A stretch of 64,000 nucleotides of DNA from Heptranchias perlo. Its lineage: Eukaryota. Location: positions 38,440,001-38,504,000 of the forward strand of contig NC_090352.1 in assembly GCF_035084215.1 (NCBI RefSeq), in the 5' to 3' direction. Shown here one piece after another: positions 56,694 through 64,000 of this stretch (within the stretch, counting starts at the first letter, position 1; each line of letters begins with the position of its first letter). Made by a program: the position numbers and the translations under genes. The notes beneath the pieces are model-generated. The model searched no databases and was not told the origin of the DNA. It worked only from the letters and a program-made list of their open reading frames with translations.

Positions 56694-59600
56694 CTGCAGG
56701 AGAGAGAGAGAGAGAGTGAGTGAAAGTGTGAGCGAGAGCGAGCGGGAGAGCGAGCGGGAGAGCGAGCGGGGAGAGCGAGCGGGAGAGAGAGCGGGAGAGA
56801 GAGCGGGAGAGAGAGCGGGAGAGAGAGCGGGAGAGAGAGCGGGAGAGAGAGCGGGAGAGCGAGCGGGAGAGCGAGCGGGAGAGAGAGCGGGAGAGCGAGC
56901 GGGAGAGCGAGCGGGAGAGAGAGCGGGGAGAGCGAGCGGGAGAGAGAGCGGTGAGAGCGAGCGGGGAGAGCGAGCGGGAGAGCGAGCGGGAGGAGCGAGC
57001 GGGGAGAGAGAGCGGGAGAGAGAGCGGGAGAGAGAGATAGAGCGATGGGGGGGGGGAGGGAGAGCGATGGGGGGGGGGGGGGGGGAGGGAGAGCGATGGG
57101 GGGGGGGGGAGGGAGAGCGATGTGGGGGGGGGGGGGGAGCGATGGGGGGGGGGGGGGGAGCGATGGGGGGGGGGGGAGCGATGGGGGGGGGGGAGGGAGA
57201 GCGATGGGGGGGGGGGAGGGAGAGCGATGGGGGGGGGGAGGGAGAGCAATGGGGGGGGGGAGGGAGAGCAATGGGGGGGGGGGAGGGAGAGCAATGGGGG
57301 GGGGGGGGAGGGAGAGCGATGGGGGGGGGAGGGAGAGCGGGGGGGGGGAGCGGGGGGGGCGAGCGGGGGGCGTAGAGCGGGGGGGGGGTGAAGAGAGCGG
57401 GCGGGGGGGGGGGGGGGGAGAGCAGGGGGGGGGGGGGGAGAGCGCGGGGGGGGGGGGGGAGAGAGAGCGGGGGGGGGGGGGAGAGGAGAGAGCGGGGGGG
57501 GGGAGAGGAGAGAGAGCGGGGGGGGGGAGAGGAGAGAGCGGGGGGGGGGGGGCGGGGGAGAGCTGATGTGGAGCACTGGGGATACCTGTAGCAGAGAGGG
57601 GGAGTTCGAGCATGTGTTGGGGAGCGGAGAAAGAGCACGGGAGAGGGAGAGGGAGATCGCAGGAGAGTGAAAGCATGTGGGAGTGAATTTTTGAAGGAGA
57701 AAGGGAGTGTGAAAAGGAGGGAATGTGGCGGGAGAGAGTTGAGAGTGAGGGAATGTGGATGAGAGCGGAGGGGGAGGAAGGGAGGTAGAGCACGCCATGC
57801 CACATCACATAATTACAGGCGCTACTGAAAATAATTAACAAATGTCCACAGAGGGAAACAGCATTGTTGAGAACGGCCAAACAGCTTCTGCATAAAACTG
57901 ATTCACAGCAGCAATGAACAGTCGGCATTCTAAAATATTCAGGAGGGACAATGAGTGTGACAATGACCTTCGCCTCTGGGTCTGAGGAAAGCTCAAAGTC
58001 TCTCAGTCCCCTGACCGTGAGGGCCCTGTGTGGAATGAGGCCACGGTACAAAACCAGTCACAATTTGACAATCTCCCTCATTAGGAAATGCTGCACGGGA
58101 TGAACTCGAGGTCAGGGCTGAGGCACATTGTCAGAGTTTTACTCTGTATCTAACCCGTGCTGTACCTGCTCTGGGAGTGTTTGACGGGACAGTGTAGAGG
58201 GAGCTTTACTCTGTATCTAACCCGTGCTGTACCTGCCCTGGGAGTGTTTGACGGGACAGTGTAGAGGGAGCTTTACTCTGTATCTAACCCGTGCTGTACC
58301 TGCCCTGGGAGTGTTTGACGGGGCAGTGTAGAGGGAGCTTTACTCTGTATTTAACCCTGTACCTGCCCTGGGAATGTTTGATGGGACAGTGTAGAGGGAG
58401 CTTTACTCTGCATCTAACCCTGTACCTGCCCTGGGAGTGTTTGATGGGGACAGTGTAGAGGGAGCTTTACTCTGTATCTAACCCGTGCTGTACCTGCCCT
58501 GGGAGTGTTTGACGGGGCAGTGTAGAGGGAGCTTTACTCTGTATTTAACCCTGTACCTGCCCTGGGAATGTTTGATGGGACAGTGTAGAGGGAGCTTTAC
58601 TCTGTATCTAACCCGTGCTGTACCTGCCCTGGGAGTGTTTCATGGGACTGAATTGCAGAATTGCTTGAGGGGCTGAATGGCCTGTTCCTGTTTGAACGTT
58701 CCTAACCTTACTGACACTCGCAGTCACATACGAAGATGAGCAGTTGAGTGGCACACTGAATGCACCGGTGACGTTTTACCCCAGCAAAAGGGTGAGCATC
58801 GTCAGGAGGAGGGGAGAATATTGGGGGGCGGGGAGGAGGTATCCAGGGCCATGGGGTAATGATCTCGATTGGCAGAGGCTGGGGTGAAACACGGCATCGA
58901 TTCTCCTCCCACACGGGTCAGAGGCCAGGCACTTACTTCAGGTACTTGGCATATTCCGGCTCCTTCCAATACAGGAGGTACTTGAAATAATTGACAAATG
59001 TTCGGTCTCTGAAGTACCCACGCTGTGCCAGGACTGTGGGACAGGGAAAATAAAGAAAGCATTTGATTATACGCGGGTAGCAACAGTATCCGGGCATGAT
59101 AGATTGAGGATTCTTAACCGGGGCCCACCGCCGTAACCGGGGGCCCACCGCCGTAACCGGGGGCCCACCAAGGCGGGCCTACACCTTCCCACCCCACCCA
59201 GGGTCCATGTCTAGTTGTTTTATCATGGACTCTCTCCCTGCAAGACCGCGGTTATATTCCCGCTCTGCTCAGTGAAGCACAAGGGAGATACATTCCCGCT
59301 TATGGGTAAAATGGAGATCAGCAATTCCAACATCACTGCATCAAACAGCAGATTGATGATTCTCGGGGATGATCCTGGGGGTACTTACAGTTCAAGTAGT
59401 TTGGGTTCGCCAGACACTGAACGAACTCCAGCTCCATCTGGAAACGCAGCTTTGCCTGTTCCTCTGAACCCGGGGCGAAGGGGAGGGAGGGGGGTAAGAA
59501 AAAAAGGACAAATTTATTTTCTCATTATTTAAATTCGAATGCAGCGTGATACTTGTTGCTGTCGGCACAACTCTAAATGGGGGAGGATGGAGGAAATCAC

Positions 59601-62232
59601 AGCGCTGTAATCGCTGGCACTCAGACTGGAGCCTGGGTCAGTAACAAGTGGAGGAGAGAGAGGGTCGAGATGTGGAACAGCCTGTCCCGATTACCTCTGA
59701 ACCAATTCGGAGACACATAGGAAAATTCAGCCCCTCGAGCCTGTTCTGCCATTCAATTAGATCATGGCTGATCTGTTAGAACTTATAAAGAAACAACTTG
59801 CATTTCGATCACGCCTTTCACCACCTCAGGACGTCCCAAAGCGTGTTACAGCCAACGAGATACTTTTGAAGTGTAGATGCTGGTGTGATGTAGGAATCGT
59901 AGCAGCCAATTTCCTACATTACAACAGTGACTACACCTCAAAACTACTTCATTGACAGTGATGCACTCTGGAATGTCCTGAAAGGCGCTATATAAATGCA
60001 AGTTCTTTCTTCAGGGAATATACACCGCGTTTTCCTATAAATTGGCCTCAGATTTGTCCTGTTTCCCCCCATTCCTATGAGTTAGAAGTTGAGGTGGCTG
60101 TGGTCCGTTCTCCTCTTTCTATTCTACATTCATCTACTGCATGTTGGAGCCACCAGCTCACTTTCTCTCTTTCCCCTTCGATCCCTTCTCTCCAGTGAGT
60201 GACAGTGCCGGGATTGAGGAGTTTCAGCAGGGCAGTGTACTATGGGTAAGTGATACCACCACAGGATGACAAAGCAGTCCAACCGACGCTGAGAGAGCGT
60301 CACAACTCCTTCCACGGATGCATTCTGAGAGTTCCTCTTGTTTGCCTAGCTCTGTGACTAATTTAACCCACTGTGGGATTTGATCATATGGAGAAAGACG
60401 ACTCCTGCCCTTGAACAGTCCCACCTCTCTCCTGCACTCAAACACCTTACTGGGCTCGTTCTGTGCCCCGGCCGGGCGAACAGACCAGGAGGGCCCCAGT
60501 TAGAAAAGATAGAAAGAACTTGCATCTATAGATTGCAGTTGGCAAAACTGTAGGGCTAATTTCCTCCTACACTTTCCCACCCCACCCAGGGTCCATGTCT
60601 GGTTATTCCATTATGGAGTCTCCCCATCAGTCCCTCTCCTGTTGGTGTTCAGAGGGATTTAGGTGTCCTTGTACACAAAGTACAGAAAGTTAGTATGCAG
60701 GTACAGCAAGCAATTAGGAAGGCAAATAAGCATGTTGGCCTTTATTGCAAGAGGGTTGGAGTACAAGAGTAAGGAAGTCTTACTACAATTGTACAGGGCT
60801 TTGGAGAGACCTCACCTGGAGTACTATGTATAGTTTTGGTCTCCTTATCTAAGGAAGGATATACTTGCCTTAGAGGGGGTGCAATGAAGGTTCACTAGAT
60901 TGATTCCTGGGATGAGAGGGTTGTCCTATGAGGAAAGATTGAGTAGAACGGGCCGATACTCTCTGGAGTTTAGAAGAATGAGAGGTGATCTCATTGAAAA
61001 ATATAAGATTTTGAGGGAGCTTCACAGGGTAGATGCTGAGAGGCTGTTTCCCCCGGCTGGAGAGTCCAGAACTAGGGGGCATAGTCTCAGAATAAGGGGT
61101 CGGCCATTTAGGACTGAGATAAGGAGAATTTCTTCACTTAGAGGGTTGTGAATCTTTGGAATTCTCTACCCCAGAGGGCTGTGAATGCTGTGTCGTTGAA
61201 TATATTCAAGGCTGAGATCGATAGTTTTTTGGACTCTAGGGGAATTACAGGATACGGGGGATCAGGTGGGAAAGTGGAGTTGAGGTCAAAGATCAGCCAT
61301 GATCTGATTGACCATATGGCCTACTCCTGCTCCTATTTCTTATGTTCTTATCTGGCACCTTTCACAAGCTCAGGATGTCCCAAAGCACTTTACAGCCAAT
61401 TTAGTATTTTTGAAGTGTAGTCACTTCACTTGTAATGCAGGAAACGCAGCAGCCAATGTGTGTACAGCAAGGTCCCACAAACAGCAACGTGATAATGAGC
61501 AGATAATCTGTTTTTAGTGGTGTTGGTTGAGGGATCAATATAGACCCAAGACACTGGGGAGAAACTCCCCCCTGCTCTTCTTCAAACTAGTGCAGTGGGA
61601 TCTTTTACGTCCACCTGAGGAGGGCAGACGTCTGCTTAACGTCTCATCCGAAAGATGGCATCTCTGACAGTGCAGCGCTCCCTCGGTACTGGCACAGGGA
61701 GGGTCGGCCTGGATTACGGGGGCTCAAGACTCGGGAGTGGGGGCTCGAACCCACGGCCTTCTGACTCCGAGGCGAGAGTGCGACCCACCGCGCCACGGCT
61801 GGCACCAGTCGGCTGAGGCAGAGGCCTCATATGGGTCTTAAAGTCCCAGGTTAGAGAAGGGGAAAGCAGCCAGGGGTTCCCTCTCCTGGGAACCCTCTGG
61901 TGGTGAGTGTTTGTGTGTGGGGATGTCAGGTGAAGGCAGGATCAGGCTCAGGTGTGGTGCCTTCCACTGCCTGGGCTCACATATAAAGAACAGCCCCTGG
62001 ATGGGGGAAGGTTATCAGAGGGTCGCCAGGGCCAATGGAACCTGTACCCCAGCCACTCAGCACCCCTTCCCCACATCCAGTACCAAGGCTAAAACAGCTG
62101 CAAGGTCCTCACTTCCGCCCCGCTGTTGCCCCGCGACCCCAATTTCCGCCCCGCACCAGGTCACGTGACCAGCCTAACTTCCGCCCCCTTCCCGTTACCT
62201 GTCTCGGCGCCGCCGGTTGGGGCCGCCGCCAT
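56501..62232 (-). CDS. MED31: Mediator subunit 31, complete 4-exon gene of 132 aa. Exons: 62199-62232, 59389-59463, 58937-59033, 56501-56693
   Basis: [132 protein letters not shown]; 399 nt in phase. Confidence 0.97.
56700..57560. repeat. GA-rich and poly-G low-complexity arrays in MED31 intron 3
   Basis: (GAGAGCGGGA)n followed by (GAGAGCGAT(G)n)n. Confidence 0.93.
58138..58648. repeat. Dispersed 65-bp satellite
   Basis: About 8 copies of the unit seen in the VTN introns. Confidence 0.92.
58937..59033 (-). CDS. MED31: MED31 exon 3
   Basis: [33 protein letters not shown]. Confidence 0.96.
59389..59463 (-). CDS. MED31: MED31 exon 2
   Basis: [25 protein letters not shown]. Confidence 0.96.
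60650..61350 (+). mobile_element. CR1 LINE 3' fragment
   Basis: [13 protein letters not shown]...RMRGDLIE; WNSLPQRAV. Confidence 0.88.
61355..61805 (-). mobile_element. tRNA-headed SINE
   Basis: Reverse-strand head (GGTTCGAGCCC) and SINE body. Confidence 0.78.
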
Positions 62233-62550
62233 TGCTCTTTTCAGCCCGCCGCCTCCTCTCGCCCGAAGGAAATGCGGTGGAAGCAGCCGCTCCGGTCTAA
62301 CCACGGTTGACGGCAGTGCTGGTCGGTACTAGTTACAACGTGCTCTAACCAGTATAACTTAGCGGGAACTGATTTAACTAATCGGCCGCTCGCGTCGGCG
62401 GCGCTCCCCTCCGTCGAACAACAACAACAGCGGTCGGAGGAAGTGACGCCGCTCGGAACAGCGACACCGGGAGGCGGGGCGCTGCTGCCCCCTGGGCTGG
62501 AGGGGCAGCGCCGCGGTACTGCAAGCAGGGGGCAGCAATACACATGGTAA
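62100..62550. promoter_or_regulatory. CpG-island, probably bidirectional promoter (MED31 and an unidentified plus-strand transcript)
   Basis: High CpG content; ETS-like ACTTCCG (~62111, ~62177) and GGAAGTGACG (~62439); E-box TCACGTGA (62161-62168); plus-strand donor ATG|gtaagg at 62546/62547. Confidence 0.6.
62199..62232 (-). CDS. MED31: MED31 exon 1, coding part
   Basis: gcaATGGCGGCGGCC...GAG ACA G|gtaac in a CpG island; phase 1 matches exon 2. Confidence 0.88.
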
Positions 62551-62799
62551 GGGCAACCAGCTTATATACAAACATACTTTACACAGATAAAGGCAATAAT
62601 CTAAAGCAATAATAATAATAATCACAAACAGAGTTGGGTATATATTTATAGCTGAGAGATTAGCTCATTGGTCGCATTTGCAAGGCAAAGTGGTCACCTA
62701 ATCCCCAATGTAGAAGAGATGTCACTGTGAGCAGTGTATACAGTATACTAGACTAGACTAGACTAGAGTGTTGGGTGTTTGGCTGTCAGCCCTGGCTCT

Positions 62800-63940
62800 A
62801 TGAGTCAGCAGGTCGTGGGTTCAAGTCCCACTCTAGAGACTAAAGCACAAAATCCAGGCTGACACTCCCAGTGTAATACTGAGGGAGCGTCGGAGGGTCG
62901 GCACCGAGGGAGCGTCGGAGGGTCGGCACCGAGGGAGCGTCGGAGGGTCGGCACCGAGGGAGCGTCGGAGGGTCGGCACCGAGGGAGCGTCGGAGGGTCG
63001 GCACCGAGGGAGCGCCGCGCCATCGGAGGGTCGGCACCGAGGGAGCGCCGCGCTGTCGGAGGTGCCGTCTTTCGGATGAGACGTTAAACCGAGGCCCCGT
63101 CTGCCCTCTCTGGTGGACGTAAAAGATCCCACGGCCACTATTTCAAAGAAGAGCAGGGGCGTTCTCCCATTGTGCTGGGGCCAGTATTTATCCCTCGATC
63201 AACGTCACTAAAAACAGATGGTTTGGTCATTTAGCTTATTGCTGCTTGTGGGATCTTGCTGTGCACAAATAGGCTGCCGCAGCGCTCCCTCTGTACTGCC
63301 CCTCCGACGGTGCGGCGCTCCCTCTGTATTGCCCCCCCGACGGTGCGGCGCTCCCTCAGTACTGCCCCCCCAACGGTGCGGCGCTCCCTCAGTACTGCCC
63401 CTCCAACGGTGCGGCGCTCCCTCAGTACTGCCCCTCCGACGGTGCGGCGCTCCCTCAGTACTGCCCCTCCGACGGTGCGGCGCTCCCTCAGTACTGCCCC
63501 TCCGACAGTGCGGCGCTCCCTCTGTACTGCCCCTCCGACGGTGCGGCGCTCCCTCAGTACTGCCCCTCCGACAGTGCAGCGCTCCCTCTGTACTGCCCCT
63601 CCGACGGTGCGGCGCTCCCTCTGTACTGCCCCTCCGACGGTGCGGCGCTCCCTCAGTACTGACCCTCCGACGGTGCGGCGCTCCCTCTGTACTGCCCCTC
63701 CGACGGTGCGGCGCTCCCTCTGTACTGCCCCTCCGACGGTGCGGCGCTCCCTCAGTACTGACCCTCCGACGGTGCGGCGCTCCCTCGGTATTACACTGGG
63801 AGTGTCAGCCTGGATTTTGTGCTTTAGTCTCTAGAGTGGGACTTGAACGCACGACCTGCTGACTACACTTCAAAAAGTCTTTCATTGGCTGTGAAGTGCT
63901 TTGGGACTGAGGTTGTGAAAGGCGCTATATAAATGCAAGA
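62800..63940 (+). mobile_element. SINE with internal tandem amplifications and an inverted copy of its own head
   Basis: Head 62803-62890, 22-bp array, body, 30-bp array in reverse, inverted head ending at 63864, then the normal tail AAAGGCGCTATATAAATGCAAG. Confidence 0.85.
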
Positions 63941-64000
63941 TTTCTCCCTTGTGTTTATCGAGCTTCCCCTTAAATGTATCTACACTATTCGCCTCAACTA

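Noticed and set aside
56349-58051. 484, 516 and 413-aa Pro-rich ORFs
   Set aside because: Low-complexity intron read-through; only 56501-56693 is a real MED31 exon.
59175-59240. ~60-bp segment duplicated at ~60565-60625 in MED31 introns (possible snoRNA)
   Set aside because: No convincing C/D or H/ACA boxes; resembles the old LINE-tail motif (AACTAGA..GGACCCTGG) also seen near 9850.
63218-63862. 214-aa ORF with an apparent signal peptide and Cys-rich repeats
   Set aside because: Derived entirely from SINE body and its 30-bp tandem array.

Overview
Eukaryotic (vertebrate) genomic DNA, most likely a cartilaginous fish (shark), judged from the dense CR1/L2 LINE fragments, tRNA-headed SINEs and G/C-tract minisatellites. 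It contains three N-gaps. Nearly all long ORFs in the supplied track are repeat artefacts; the real genes are spliced and I reconstructed them by hand from GT-AG boundaries and phase continuity. Left to right: (1) RSKR/SGK494 AGC-type kinase, minus strand, 10 coding exons at 14908->851, 3' end outside the window, with Gly at the expected alphaC-Glu position. (2) A complete 8-exon vitronectin (VTN), plus strand, 22580-40890, about 486 aa, with an expanded acidic Glu-Pro linker. (3) A convergent pair of paralogous single-domain rhodanese (sulfurtransferase-like) genes. Copy A has only its last exon visible (42716-42987, +); copy B has 3 exons (51786->47239, -). They resemble a bacterial-type rhodanese family more than vertebrate TST/MPST, carry CxxGxH active-site loops, and copy B has a coding VNTR and a tandemly amplified splice donor. 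(4) A complete 4-exon MED31, minus strand, 62232->56501, 132 aa, with a probable bidirectional CpG promoter. The rhodanese pair is the most unusual element.
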